Both the position numbers and the translations under genes were made by a program. Positions 19,973 through 30,849 of a stretch of 64,000 bases of DNA are shown piece after piece. The notes under the pieces were generated by a model. The model was not told where the DNA came from. It was given only the letters and a program-made list of their open reading frames with translations, and did not search any database. This stretch comes from Myxococcota bacterium (GTDB taxonomy: Bacteria; Myxococcota_A; SURF-8), in contig OZ223209.1 of NCBI GenBank assembly GCA_965140415.1, forward strand, positions 5,600,001 through 5,664,000, given 5' to 3'. Each line of letters opens with the position of its first letter. The stretch's first letter is position 1.

Positions 19973-20037
19973 GTCGGGTGTCCATGGCAAAGGGTGGCAC
20001 GTGGCCAAGCGGAATGGAATGGAGCTTGCCCGTGTTC
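19973..20037. repeat. Truncated family B repeat (left half)
   Basis: GTCGGGTGTCCATGGCAAA matches the reverse complement of the family B right end; followed by GGGTGGCACG..AAGCGG..GGAGCTTGCCCGTGTTC. Confidence 0.65.
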
Positions 20038-20093
20038 CTGTTTTGGCACATAGACTAGGTATTAATCATTTTTAGCCACAGATCCTGTGATTT

Positions 20094-20222
20094 TGTGCCA
20101 TAGTCTTACGCGATCGAAGATCGTGGAAGGCTGTGTGTCTTCAATAAGTTACACACGGCCTCCCGGAATTTCCATTCCGTGAGACCATGGCACATCATGA
20201 TTACTCGATGGACAGAGATGAG
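20094..20222 (+). repeat. REP doublet / MITE-like family E, copy 1
   Basis: TGTGCCATAGTCT...AGACCATGGCACA inverted ends with two internal hairpins; about 125 bp near-identical to the reverse complement of 26732-26860. Confidence 0.85.
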
Positions 20223-20281
20223 TAATAACTCCTCTAGGCAACGGAAAACAACGGTTTTGAACCCGCACAAACCATGAACGA

Positions 20282-20316
20282 CGGCGGGCTCACGCCTCGC
20301 CGCTACAAGAAGACAT
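20282..20316 (-). repeat. GTAG-type REP (family D)
   Basis: 35-bp identity with 6609-6643. Confidence 0.75.
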
Positions 20317-20432
20317 GCGTACATATTCTCTGATTCCGGGCCATCGATTCGTGCCGAATCGAAGACCCGGGCACCCACATCCAGTAGCGTAAATCGGTCA
20401 ATCGTAACGATAAAAACGCCGTGCGGCTCCGG

Positions 20433-21689
20433 TTATTGTTCGGGGATGCAGACTGCCTGCATATCCGGCGTGCGAGCGCAGGTATAGCCATCCCGGCATA
20501 CCACCTGGAAGCCATCGCAAAGATGCATGCAGTAGTACAGATAGTCGCCGCTGTCCAGTTGCAGACCCGTGCAACGCGAGTAGGGGTTGTTGCATTCGTC
20601 GGTGGAATCACAGGGCTTGCTGCAATAGCCGCGAGAAAACACGCGGTTGTAGGGATTTTCATACTCGGTCAGGCAGACCAGACCGCTCATGCACTGCGCA
20701 TCGGAAGTGCAGGCTCCACCAATGTTGCGTTGGTTTCCGCAGGTATAGGGATCGGGCTGACAGACACCACCGTTACAGATTGCACCATCCGGGCACTCAC
20801 CGTTCTGGCAGGGTGGCGCGCAAAAGGCTTCCTGGAGTTCGTTGTCGTACAGGCAGGCTGAGCCGCTGGCGCAATCCGCGCTGGTCAGGCAGGGATCGCA
20901 GAACGACGTCCAACCCTCGGTTGGCAGGCAACGACCGGTGCCGTAGTTGCAGGTGTAACCTTCAGCGCAGCCGGTATTGGCGCAGTGATCATCAATCGGA
21001 TCGCATACGCCGCTATTGATATTGCATTCGAAGGCCGGAGGGCAGCCGGTGTCGAGGCAGTTTTCCGGGCGCGGCTCGCATTGTCCGGTCTGCGTGTTGC
21101 AGACTTCATCCGCCGAACAGCCGCTGTTGCTGCAATGACTTGGATCGGGTTCGCATAAGCCGCTTTGCGTATTGCAGATCTGGGCGTTTGGGCAGCCGGT
21201 CGTGGTGCAGTCGATCACCGGCAGATCGCCATCGGGAGAGTCGTCACCATCGGGTGCGGTGTCGCCGTCGGGTGCAGTGTCGCCGTCGGGTGCGGTGTCG
21301 CCATCGGGGAACGCATCCCCGTCCGTCGTTCCATCGCCATCGGGGGCAGTGTCGCCATCGATTACCGTGTCACCGTCCGTACTTTGATCGCCGTCGCTGA
21401 GTGGTATATCTCCATCCACGAATGGTATGTCGCCGTCGCTTATTCCGTTGCGAATGCACACGTTCTTTTCTTCATCGCAGCTCATCCCCGTGGGGCAGGC
21501 GATATCGGCGCTGCAATAGGGGCGACAACTGCCATTGATACAGATTGAGCCGGGGTCGCACTCGGCGGAGGTACGGCAAAAGCCCGGATCTTCCATTTCG
21601 ACATCCCCGGCGAAGGGATTGGTCAATGTGGAGGTGCATCCAGCGGCCAGCAATGCAACAGCCAGGATCAATATCTCTATTCGTTTCAC
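20433..21689 (-). CDS. Cysteine-rich lipoprotein with 12 tandem DGD repeats
   Basis: GAGGAG RBS, GTG start, lipobox AAGC; C-x4-C-x4-C repeats; DGDTAP tandem array. Confidence 0.8.
   Translation of the reverse strand: MKRIEILILAVALLAAGCTSTLTNPFAGDVEMEDPGFCRTSAECDPGSICINGSCRPYCSADIACPTGMSCDEEKNVCIRNGISDGDIPFVDGDIPLSDGDQSTDGDTVIDGDTAPDGDGTTDGDAFPDGDTAPDGDTAPDGDTAPDGDDSPDGDLPVIDCTTTGCPNAQICNTQSGLCEPDPSHCSNSGCSADEVCNTQTGQCEPRPENCLDTGCPPAFECNINSGVCDPIDDHCANTGCAEGYTCNYGTGRCLPTEGWTSFCDPCLTSADCASGSACLYDNELQEAFCAPPCQNGECPDGAICNGGVCQPDPYTCGNQRNIGGACTSDAQCMSGLVCLTEYENPYNRVFSRGYCSKPCDSTDECNNPYSRCTGLQLDSGDYLYYCMHLCDGFQVVCRDGYTCARTPDMQAVCIPEQ
21225..21439 (-). repeat. Coding tandem repeat, mostly 18-bp unit (DGDxxx)
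   Basis: GTCGCCGTCGGGTGCGGT-like units encoding DGDTAP and variants. Confidence 0.8.
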
Positions 21690-21810
21690 GTCGTTACTCC
21701 TCTCTTGCGTGCCGATCTCGACGTTCGCGATTTACTAAAATCCAACCCGCACTATAGCCCAGCTTACAATGGGTCGCAAGCCCAATGTGGATGCTTTCGC
21801 GAGAGCGACC

Positions 21811-21850
21811 CTCGAACACGGGCAAGCCTACAGCTTGGTCCGCGCCACCC
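21811..21850. repeat. Partial family A repeat (right half)
   Basis: CTCGAACACGGGCAAGCCTACAGCTTGGTCCGCGCCACCC. Confidence 0.7.
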
Positions 21851-21905
21851 GGAAACCAGGCAGAGTTGCACTGTTTTGCGATGCATCCAATGATTACCCA
21901 GGCTC

Positions 21906-23546
21906 TCACTCGCCCCAGCGAGCTGGGTCCATCAGGATGTCACAGTCTATAAAAACAGCCCCTTGCGGATGCTTCAACGGCGAGGCGCAGTACTCGAACA
22001 GGTTGACGATTTCCGTAGGCCGCACGTAGCTTTTCTCTTTTTCGCCCTGCGCATCGTAGGTGTTGCGATCGGGGATATATTCGTACTCGCCATCCGGCAG
22101 CGCATCCGACCACAGATCCCAGGACTTGAATTCCAGGTAATGGGTTGTCGCCTGGCTGTATTGCTCCATGACGATGCGAGCTTCTTCGGCAGTCAACGGA
22201 ACCCCGTAAGCCGCCGATAGTACAAGCAATTGAGCCAGATCCGGGTACCATTCCGGTACGCCGGGTGCACGCTCGTCGGTGCGGATGCCGTCCAGCCGCG
22301 CGATCAGACCATCTAGCAACTTGCGCGTATGCTCGAAGTCTCCCAGCGCCAGCGACAAAGCCACCGCCGTTTGGTGATAGCCCCAGATCATGTTGCTGGC
22401 CCAGAACTGCGAGTTGATCGCCGCCGTTTCGTAGGCGCCGCCGTCGCCATCGTTGCAGGTATTCTCCAGCGCTTCGCCTTCGGCAAGCAAGGCGGTGGAA
22501 AGTTTGGCATTGCATTCGGCATTGGGGAACAGATCTTCGAAGTTGACGAAGCTGGCGTAGTCCTCGGTGACACCGTTTTCCATGGTGGGAATCCACACCT
22601 CGCCATTGGTCTCTTTGGTGCGGATCTTGTATCCCTGCTCCACAATGTCTTTAGCCAGGGTTCGCATCTGGCGATAGAGCCGGATGGCGTCCTCACTCAC
22701 GGTGTCGTCGGTTGTGGTGCGGATCAGGCGAATGATGGCAATCATCATCCGGTAACCGTAGGGGAAATCGTCTTTACTGCGGCGATTGCGCACGTATATG
22801 TCGCCGTAAGTTGGATTGTTTGGATTGTGAACGTTACTGTGGCGACGCTCTTCGGTGACTTTGCGCATCGGGTCGTAGTCGATACTCACCTGCCGTCCGT
22901 CGTCCAATTCGTAGCTGTGATTGCGATGATAGAATGTGCGCGCCATGATTCCTTCTTGTACCGGATCGTCTTCGCCCCAGCTCATACAGTCGAAGGTCGC
23001 CGAGAAGCCGTGCAGGTAATCCAGCAGCAAATCCCGATACAGCGCATCGTCGCTGCTCTGGTACAGGCCGATGATCGCAGGCAGGATGCGCGTCATCTTG
23101 GCCATGGTGTTGTCCGATCCTTCCAGGTGGCGGAAGGTGACGTGCCTGCCTTCTTTGACGGCCAGGCCATGCGTCCACCAGATTTTGTAGCCCGGCTGTT
23201 CCCATTCGTTGTCATTAGCCAACCCGTGCGAATGCCGCCACACCCAGCGGAAATAGTCGATCTGCTTGTAAAACGCGCCCATGGTGCGGGTGAAATCACT
23301 CACTTCCGCTTCCGTCAAAGCATCGCCTGCCGCATCGCGGGTAACAACCACAGGCAGGCTGCTGTTGAGGACCGGGATGTCTTCCGGCAGTTCCACAGAC
23401 TCCGACTCGGAATCTCCGTTTTCTGAATCGACGAGATCGGTATCTCCGTTCATGCAGATGTAATCATCACCCGAACAGGAAGGCAGCATAAACAAGCAAG
23501 CGAGCGCAAGCAACAGGGGTACAAAGAGCGAAGTGCGCAGGAACAT
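21906..23546 (-). CDS. Lipoprotein of unknown function
   Basis: GGAGG RBS before MFLRTSLFVPLLLALACLFMLPSC; long open frame. Confidence 0.7.
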   Translation of the reverse strand: MFLRTSLFVPLLLALACLFMLPSCSGDDYICMNGDTDLVDSENGDSESESVELPEDIPVLNSSLPVVVTRDAAGDALTEAEVSDFTRTMGAFYKQIDYFRWVWRHSHGLANDNEWEQPGYKIWWTHGLAVKEGRHVTFRHLEGSDNTMAKMTRILPAIIGLYQSSDDALYRDLLLDYLHGFSATFDCMSWGEDDPVQEGIMARTFYHRNHSYELDDGRQVSIDYDPMRKVTEERRHSNVHNPNNPTYGDIYVRNRRSKDDFPYGYRMMIAIIRLIRTTTDDTVSEDAIRLYRQMRTLAKDIVEQGYKIRTKETNGEVWIPTMENGVTEDYASFVNFEDLFPNAECNAKLSTALLAEGEALENTCNDGDGGAYETAAINSQFWASNMIWGYHQTAVALSLALGDFEHTRKLLDGLIARLDGIRTDERAPGVPEWYPDLAQLLVLSAAYGVPLTAEEARIVMEQYSQATTHYLEFKSWDLWSDALPDGEYEYIPDRNTYDAQGEKEKSYVRPTEIVNLFEYCASPLKHPQGAVFIDCDILMDPARWGE

Positions 23547-23702
23547 CGGTAAACCTCCGGCTTTTTTGACTGTACGGCATACGAGCGACGCCGGAACTAT
23601 AGCAGGGAAAACACTTGGAAAACAACGAACTTTTCCAGCTTTTCTTGCACCACGGACCTTGCTGTTGCATACTATGGCAATAATGAAACCGCACATGGAG
23701 GG

Positions 23703-24368
23703 ATGATGTACCTGCCCGATTCAAACGTGCTCCGTCACGATGGCAAAGCGCTGGGTTCCCGGCATGTGTTCTTTACCGAACCGCCGGAGGAGATCGGCCA
23801 GTTGATCAGCGCCCAGAGTGATTTGTCGGCCAAGGATAACCGCAATTACAGCATCGGGCAGCGCCTGTTCAACTGCCTGATTCAAGGGGTGTGGTCGGCG
23901 GGTCTGATTGCAGCGCTTATTTTTGTTGTCGGCGAGCCTTTCGATTCCGCACCGGCCATAGCCTTACTGACGACGATCCCGCTCTTTCTGATGGCGCGCG
24001 CTTACTTCAAAACGCTGCTCAGTGGTTGCTGCACCTACGTTGGAGAACTGGGCGTTTCCCGTCATCACATTTTCGGTCGCACCGACAGTCCCGTGCGCTC
24101 CTCGATTCTGCAATTCAAGGATGCCGAACGCATGACCTTTTCCGAGTCGCGTAAAGGGCAGCGGGGATCGACGCTTAGCGAGTGGCTGTGGCAGTATCCG
24201 CAGGAAAAGGAAAACGGCGGGAAGATCGAGGGCTTTTATCGCATTCTCGCCTATCCGCGCAGCCGCGAGGAAGAACCCCGCGCCACGCTGGACGACTATT
24301 TTTTCGGCGTACAGGCCGAAAAAGCCTGGAAGGCTTTCGAGGAAAAGCGGCAGGCAATGGCTGGATAG
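23703..24368 (+). CDS. Hypothetical membrane protein (2 TM)
   Basis: GGAGG RBS; two hydrophobic segments. Confidence 0.6.
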   Translation: MMYLPDSNVLRHDGKALGSRHVFFTEPPEEIGQLISAQSDLSAKDNRNYSIGQRLFNCLIQGVWSAGLIAALIFVVGEPFDSAPAIALLTTIPLFLMARAYFKTLLSGCCTYVGELGVSRHHIFGRTDSPVRSSILQFKDAERMTFSESRKGQRGSTLSEWLWQYPQEKENGGKIEGFYRILAYPRSREEEPRATLDDYFFGVQAEKAWKAFEEKRQAMAG

Positions 24369-24471
24369 AAAATCATTCCTCGATTGTTGATTAATGTATA
24401 TTTATTTGGCAGTATGATCCTACATTCAAATACGAAACCGGAAGAAATCCATAGCAAAAGGCGAGTAAGCG

Positions 24472-26676
24472 ATGGGGACCAAACAGGCGAAGGCTGGGCT
24501 TAAAACGATCAAGGCGGATGAATTCGTTCGCCGCATCAAAGCAGATATGGACAACGACGATGATTTCCGGCTGACATTTTTCCTGGGCGCCGGTTGCTCC
24601 CGATCTTCCGGTGTTCCGGTATCCAGCGAACTGGTTACACAGCATTGGCTGCCCCGATTGAAGTATCGTCGAACTGGTAGCAGAGAGGATGCAACCGAAT
24701 GGGCGAAAACGGAAATCGAAGGCTTCGATGCCAACAATCCGGGCGCATCCTACGCAACGGTGATTGATGATCTGTATCCTCGGCCTTATCAAAAGCAAAG
24801 TGAGATCGAACGACTGGTCGGTAACAAAAATCCCGGTTTCGGCTACGCCACCTTGGCACAACTGATATCCCACGGAAAATACGGGCCGAAATGCAACGTG
24901 ATTTTAACCACGAATTTCGATGACATGGTGGCCGATGCCCTGTATTTGTATACCCAAAAAAGACCGTTGCTGATTCATCACGAATCGTTGGCAGGCTTCG
25001 TCAAGGTTAGCAGTTCGCGTCCGGTCTGCATCAAGATTCATGGCGATGCACACCTGCCCAACGCCAAGCATACAGAGAAAGATACCAAAGACTTGGATCC
25101 TAGTATCAAAGAAGCCATGAAAAATATCCTGTGCGAGTCGGGCTTGGTGTTTTTGGGCTATGGAGGGAATGACCGCAGTGTCGCGTCGATGCTGAAACAA
25201 CTTCCCGAAGGCGAGCCGCATTGGGGCGTTTATTGGGTTAACGATGTTTTACCCGGTCAGGAGCTAAGGAAATGGCTGGAAGAGGTCAAAGCCATCTGGG
25301 TCCAACAAAAAGATTTCGACGAACAGATGTATTTTTTTTACGAGCAGTTTGGATTCGAACGTCCCAGTGATAAACGCTTCAAACAGATATTTGAAAGTTA
25401 TGATAAAACACAAAGGGAATTGGCAGAACGTGCAAAGGAAAACCCGGAATTGCAAAATGCAATTAAAGTGGAAGGAGACCATTTCGAGTTCAAAAACGCG
25501 TTTGCCGCTATTATGGCAGCAAATGCAGAAGAAAAGGAAAACCCGGAAAAAGCACAAAAGATCTACGAAGCGGCAACGCAGAAGTTTCCCAAGGATGCAG
25601 CCTTGCTTGGAAACTTTGCACGTTTCCTACATGACATCCGCAAAAAATTCGATCAAGCGGAAAAATACTACCAAAAAGCCCTGGAAGCCGAGCCGACACA
25701 TGCAATTTACCTGGGAAACTATGCAGCGTTTTTACATACTATTCGTAAAGATTTCAACCGGGCGGAAGAATACTATAAGAAAGCCCTGGAAGCCGATCCA
25801 ACATATGCCATAGCCCTGGGAAACTATGCTGTCCTTTTAAAAGACATCCGCAAGGATTTCGATAAGGCAGAAGAGTACTACCTAAAAGCCCTGGAAGCCG
25901 ATCCGACAGATGCTACCAATCTGGGCAACTATGCAATTTTCTTGAAGAACATCCGTAAAGATTTCGACCAGGCGGAAAAATACTATAAGAAAGCCCTGGA
26001 AGCCGATCCGACACATGCTACCAATCTGGGCAACTATGCTCTTTTTCTAGATGATATCCGTAAAGATTTCGACCGGGCAGAAGAATACTACCAGAAAGCC
26101 CTGCAAGTCGATCCCACACATGCTACCAATCTGGGCAACTATGCAATTTTCTTGAAGAACATCCGTAAAGATTTCGACCAGGCGGAAAAATACTATAAGA
26201 AAGCCCTGGAAGCCGATCCGACACATGCTACTAACCTGGGAAACTATGCCCTCTTCTCAAGTGATATCCGCAAGGACTTCGACCGGGCGGAAAAATACTA
26301 TAAAAAGGCTCTGAAAGCGGATCCGACATATGCCATTGCTCTGGGAAATTATGGAGGATTTCTACTGCAACAGGGTAAGCATGAAGGATTCGACTATGTA
26401 AATCGTGCCTTAGAAGGCGATGGTGAAGAAAGCTTAAAACTCGAATGTCATTTCTATCTTTACGCACACAGTGAGCAGCCGGAACTGCGGGAGAAAAACC
26501 TTCAGGAAGTGATGACATTGTTGGAAAAGGGTGTGCGTTCACCCGGTTGGGATTTATCCGGCAACGTGCAACGTGCCATTGAAGATGGTCACCCGGAGCC
26601 GGAACGCCTGAAGCTGATTGCCGAGATCATTGCAGAGAAGGTTCCTTTGGAAGAATTGCAGAAGCTGGATTCTTAG
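24472..26676 (+). CDS. SIR2-like (SIR2_2) domain protein fused to a TPR repeat array
   Basis: FFLGAGCSRSSGVP, ILTTNFDD, IKIHGD, LVFLGYGGND; seven 35-aa KDFD.AE.YY.KALEADPT.A..LGNYA..L..IR units. Confidence 0.9.
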   Translation: MGTKQAKAGLKTIKADEFVRRIKADMDNDDDFRLTFFLGAGCSRSSGVPVSSELVTQHWLPRLKYRRTGSREDATEWAKTEIEGFDANNPGASYATVIDDLYPRPYQKQSEIERLVGNKNPGFGYATLAQLISHGKYGPKCNVILTTNFDDMVADALYLYTQKRPLLIHHESLAGFVKVSSSRPVCIKIHGDAHLPNAKHTEKDTKDLDPSIKEAMKNILCESGLVFLGYGGNDRSVASMLKQLPEGEPHWGVYWVNDVLPGQELRKWLEEVKAIWVQQKDFDEQMYFFYEQFGFERPSDKRFKQIFESYDKTQRELAERAKENPELQNAIKVEGDHFEFKNAFAAIMAANAEEKENPEKAQKIYEAATQKFPKDAALLGNFARFLHDIRKKFDQAEKYYQKALEAEPTHAIYLGNYAAFLHTIRKDFNRAEEYYKKALEADPTYAIALGNYAVLLKDIRKDFDKAEEYYLKALEADPTDATNLGNYAIFLKNIRKDFDQAEKYYKKALEADPTHATNLGNYALFLDDIRKDFDRAEEYYQKALQVDPTHATNLGNYAIFLKNIRKDFDQAEKYYKKALEADPTHATNLGNYALFSSDIRKDFDRAEKYYKKALKADPTYAIALGNYGGFLLQQGKHEGFDYVNRALEGDGEESLKLECHFYLYAHSEQPELREKNLQEVMTLLEKGVRSPGWDLSGNVQRAIEDGHPEPERLKLIAEIIAEKVPLEELQKLDS
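25642..26376 (+). repeat. Seven 105-bp coding tandem repeats (TPR)
   Basis: High nucleotide identity between units; 25910-26021 identical to 26120-26231. Confidence 0.9.
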
Positions 26677-26701
26677 ACTTCGTGAGAATGAAACCCAAAA
26701 C

Positions 26702-26730
26702 CTGGACCCCCGCCTGCGCGGACAATGACG
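26702..26730. repeat. Degenerate CGTC-type REP
   Basis: CTGGACCCCCGCCTGCGCGGACAATGACG resembles the ...CCCGCCTGCGCGGG.ATGACG REP class. Confidence 0.45.
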
Positions 26731-26731
26731 T

Positions 26732-26860
26732 CTCATTTCTGTCCATCGAGAACTCACGATGTGCCATGGTCTCACGGAATGGAAATTCCGGGAGCCCGTG
26801 TGTAACTCATTGAAGACACACAGTCTTCCACGATCTTCGATCGCGTAAGACTATGCTACA
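26732..26860 (-). repeat. REP doublet / MITE-like family E, copy 2 (inverted relative to copy 1)
   Basis: Reverse complement matches 20094-20222. Confidence 0.85.
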
Positions 26861-26914
26861 CATTCTTAAATTCGTGTCTAAAACCGCTCTAGATAACCAA
26901 GCAACACCGATGAA

Positions 26915-27787
26915 CTACGCTTCCCCGGCTTTCTTGCGGGCGATGGTGGCGAAGGTGTTCTCGACGTTGAAACGTTTACTGTACTTCTGAAATACGCCGT
27001 TCTGTACGCTGCAATAGCGGATGATTTCGGTCTCGAAATCATTGCGTTCCAAAAGTTCCTGAATGGCGTCCTGATCCACGCCATTGCGAACGATGTGGTA
27101 TTCCGCGTTGTCCTTTGCCGAATCCTCGTAGTACACGCCGAACTTGTGCCGGATGCGTCGGCCAATGCCTCCCAACACACCGATTGGACTAAGGCGCGGA
27201 ATGCGCCACGACAGGTAAGCCATTTCCCCGTAAATCCGGGTGGTCTTCGTCAGGCCGTCGTATCGCATGGGATCCTGGAAGGTGAAAATGATTCCACCGG
27301 GGGCCAGGCAATCGAAGGTTTGTTCGATAAAGCCAAGGTAGTCCGGAATGTGATGCAAAAACGAATTGATCACGACAATGTCGTATTTCCCGTTCAGCTC
27401 ATTCATCACGGCATCGGCGCAGCCGCAATGAACATCCAGCCGCTCGCAGAATCGCGCGCACTTTTTCTGTAAGTTGGCAAGCTGGCTTTTGGAAATATCC
27501 ACCGCCGTAACTTCCCCACCCAGTTCGAGAAAGGGTAACGTCGCGCTGCCTTCGCCAGCCCCTAGATCGAGCACTCTCGGACGTCGCCCATCCTGCATGG
27601 CAAGATCGATGACCCGTACGCACAGTTCCCCGTAAAGATGACGCAACGACGAATGCTTGATGTGGGGAGCGCCGTCGACATAGCGGCGGGTCGCTTCGCC
27701 CGTATAGATTTCCTTATTGGCCATGGAGGCTATTCTTCCAACTCGTTCGTCCATCTGTTCCTCCTCCATAATTTCGATTGCTTTCAT
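26915..27787 (-). CDS. Class I SAM-dependent methyltransferase
   Basis: VLDLGAGEG, VTAVDIS, YDIVVINSFLHHIPD, LAPGG. Confidence 0.88.
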   Translation of the reverse strand: MKAIEIMEEEQMDERVGRIASMANKEIYTGEATRRYVDGAPHIKHSSLRHLYGELCVRVIDLAMQDGRRPRVLDLGAGEGSATLPFLELGGEVTAVDISKSQLANLQKKCARFCERLDVHCGCADAVMNELNGKYDIVVINSFLHHIPDYLGFIEQTFDCLAPGGIIFTFQDPMRYDGLTKTTRIYGEMAYLSWRIPRLSPIGVLGGIGRRIRHKFGVYYEDSAKDNAEYHIVRNGVDQDAIQELLERNDFETEIIRYCSVQNGVFQKYSKRFNVENTFATIARKKAGEA

Positions 27788-27967
27788 CCTTTACTGTTGT
27801 AACACATCGTTTTTATTTTGGGTATCCTAATTATTCGATTCGATGCAGCAAGTAGGGAACCGAACGGAAACGACCTTTGACAAAGCGCAGATAATAAGAA
27901 AAGCACCTCAACCACCCGAACACCCAAGAGATTGGTTGCTATTTTCCGCTTTCTGGATCGATTTTTT

Positions 27968-28125
27968 TCACTCTTCTCCAGTGTGTGGGTGATAGCGGTA
28001 GAAATTGACCGAGCCGGAACCGTAGCTCACACGTGGCAGATCTATTTTCTTTAATAATTCCATGCGTGTAGTTAACCCTGCGTCGAAAAACAACCTGTAA
28101 TCCAAGGTGAATGCGCTTTCATAGT
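27968..28125 (-). pseudogene. Possible C-terminal remnant of a gene interrupted by the REP/IS110
   Basis: Open frame YYESAFTLDYRLFF...GEE* beginning at the IS right junction, with no start of its own. Confidence 0.3.
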
Positions 28126-28140
28126 AGCGACTGTTATTAA

Positions 28141-29282
<1,142 letters not shown>

Positions 29283-29298
29283 AAAGGGATAATACAAG

Positions 29299-29357
29299 GT
29301 CGATCAGATTTTCTGACCGACAATCCAATTCATGTCGGACAGAAAATTTGTCCGACA
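29299..29357. repeat. GTAG REP doublet (family C), interrupted by IS110
   Basis: GTCGATCAGATTTTCTGACCGAC...ATGTCGGACAGAAAATTTGTCCGACA; its GT(AG) head is displaced to 28124-28127. Confidence 0.88.
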
Positions 29358-29533
29358 TGCCCGGCTGCCGCGATGTTGCGCGCCAGTACCAGGTAAAAGG
29401 CAGCGTCATCGGGAATGAATTGCGAAAACATCCATTCCACCGGTTGGGCGATCATGCCGAAGCGCAGCAGTAACCCGATTGAAATCACACCGACCACAGC
29501 CCAGTCGTGCCAACGTGCCGCAGGATTGGTCAT
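29330..29533 (-). pseudogene. N-terminal fragment of a GT-C/ArnT-like membrane protein truncated at the REP
   Basis: GAGG RBS; TM helix ending LLLRF, then IPDDAAFYLVLARNIAAAGH, then the frame runs into the REP and stops. Confidence 0.5.
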
Positions 29534-29724
29534 CAAGCACACCTCGTGAGAAACACAGGGAAAACCATGAAAGTCAGGGTACGAGCAGTGCCGGTGCTTG
29601 TCAAACCTTTTGTCCGTTGAATGGGTTTGCTGCCACACCGACAAACGCAAAAGCCTGCGTTTCTCGTTTTGCCCTAAGCCGGGCTTGTGGTAAGGTTTGG
29701 CCTGGATCGAACGAAGGAGGACAC

Positions 29725-30597
29725 ATGGATTACGTCGGATCGATTTTCAGACCGCCCTCAGAGGCGGATTCCTTGCTGGTACAGGCGACCATCGGTTGCA
29801 GCCATAATAAATGCAGTTTCTGCGCGATGTACCGCGACAAGAAGTTCAAAGTCAAGCCGCTGGAAACCGTGCTGCGCGATCTGGACGAAGGCCTGGCAAT
29901 TCGTCATTTCCGCCGCGTGTTTCTTTGTGATGGCGACGCCATGATTCTACCAACCAAACGCCTGATGGAAATCCTGAACTACATCCGGCAGCATGGACCG
30001 CACATCGAGCGCGTTTCGCTTTACGGCGATGCGCGCGGAATTCTTAAAAAAACCCACGAAGAACTGGTGGAGCTGCGCGACGCCGGTCTGGGCATGGTTT
30101 ATCACGGCATCGAATCGGGCGATGAAGAGGTGCTGCGACGCATCCAGAAAGGCTCATCCGCAGCCGAGCAGATCGAAGCGGCGAAAAAGCTCAAGCGCGC
30201 CGGGGTGCGCTATTCCGGCATCGTGCTATTAGGCGCGGGCGGAGTGGAGCTTTCCGAGCAGCACGCCAAAAACACGGCGCTGGCATTGACCGAAGGCGAC
30301 CCGGATTACGTCGGCTGCCTGATGTTGACGGTCGTGCCCTATACACCGTTATGGGAGCAGCAGCAAAAGGGCGAGTTTAACATGCCCGACAAATGGGGTC
30401 TGCTGCGCGAGCTGCGCACCATCGTCGCCGAATCGAATTTCACGAACTGCCATTTCACCGCCAACCATGCCAGCAACTACCTGCCGATCAAAGCGGATCT
30501 GCCGCGCAACAAGCAGGCGGTGCTCTCCGTGCTCGACGAAGTCATCCGCTCCGGCGACGAAAGCCGCTTGCGCCCCGAATGGATGCGTGGTCTGTAG
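29725..30597 (+). CDS. Radical SAM protein
   Basis: AGGAGG RBS; FRPPSEADSLLVQATIGCSHNKCSFC (CxxxCxxC), GIESG, ANHASNYL. Confidence 0.9.
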   Translation: MDYVGSIFRPPSEADSLLVQATIGCSHNKCSFCAMYRDKKFKVKPLETVLRDLDEGLAIRHFRRVFLCDGDAMILPTKRLMEILNYIRQHGPHIERVSLYGDARGILKKTHEELVELRDAGLGMVYHGIESGDEEVLRRIQKGSSAAEQIEAAKKLKRAGVRYSGIVLLGAGGVELSEQHAKNTALALTEGDPDYVGCLMLTVVPYTPLWEQQQKGEFNMPDKWGLLRELRTIVAESNFTNCHFTANHASNYLPIKADLPRNKQAVLSVLDEVIRSGDESRLRPEWMRGL

Positions 30598-30643
30598 AAG
30601 AAAAGGTCGGGTGAGATCGTCCGACCGGAGGGTGGTCCAGGCT

Positions 30644-30705
30644 GTAGGTCGGTCAGATTTTCTGACCGACAATAAATCATGTCGGACAAAATTTGTCCGA
30701 CCTAC
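30644..30705. repeat. Intact GTAG REP doublet (family C)
   Basis: GTAGGTCGGTCAGATTTTCTGACCGAC-spacer-GTCGGACAAAATTTGTCCGACCTAC. Confidence 0.9.
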
Positions 30706-30736
30706 CGGCTTTGAAACCGGGGATCTGAGGTCTATG

Positions 30737-30770
30737 CACATGGGCAGCCTGCGGTTAGCCCATGCCACAC
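30737..30770. repeat. Partial family B repeat (right half)
   Basis: CACATGGGCAGCCTGCGGTTAGCCCATGCCACAC. Confidence 0.6.
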
Positions 30771-30849
30771 ATTCAATTCGTCAAAGGTTCAGGACGATTG
30801 TAACGCCCGACACACCCCCGCTACCCACTTCCACGATAGCGGGAAAAGT

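Noticed and set aside
25642-26376. TPR repeats as a DGR template/variable pair or CRISPR
   Set aside because: In-frame coding repeats; differences are not adenine-specific and no reverse transcriptase is present.
29551-29600. c-di-GMP-I riboswitch-like GGGAAAACCATGAAAG
   Set aside because: Lacks the GACGCAAA junction and a convincing second stem.
30605-30626. GGTGAGATCGTCCGACC resembles the bridge RNA target loop
   Set aside because: Short match inside a simple hairpin after a stop codon; no other IS sequence around it.
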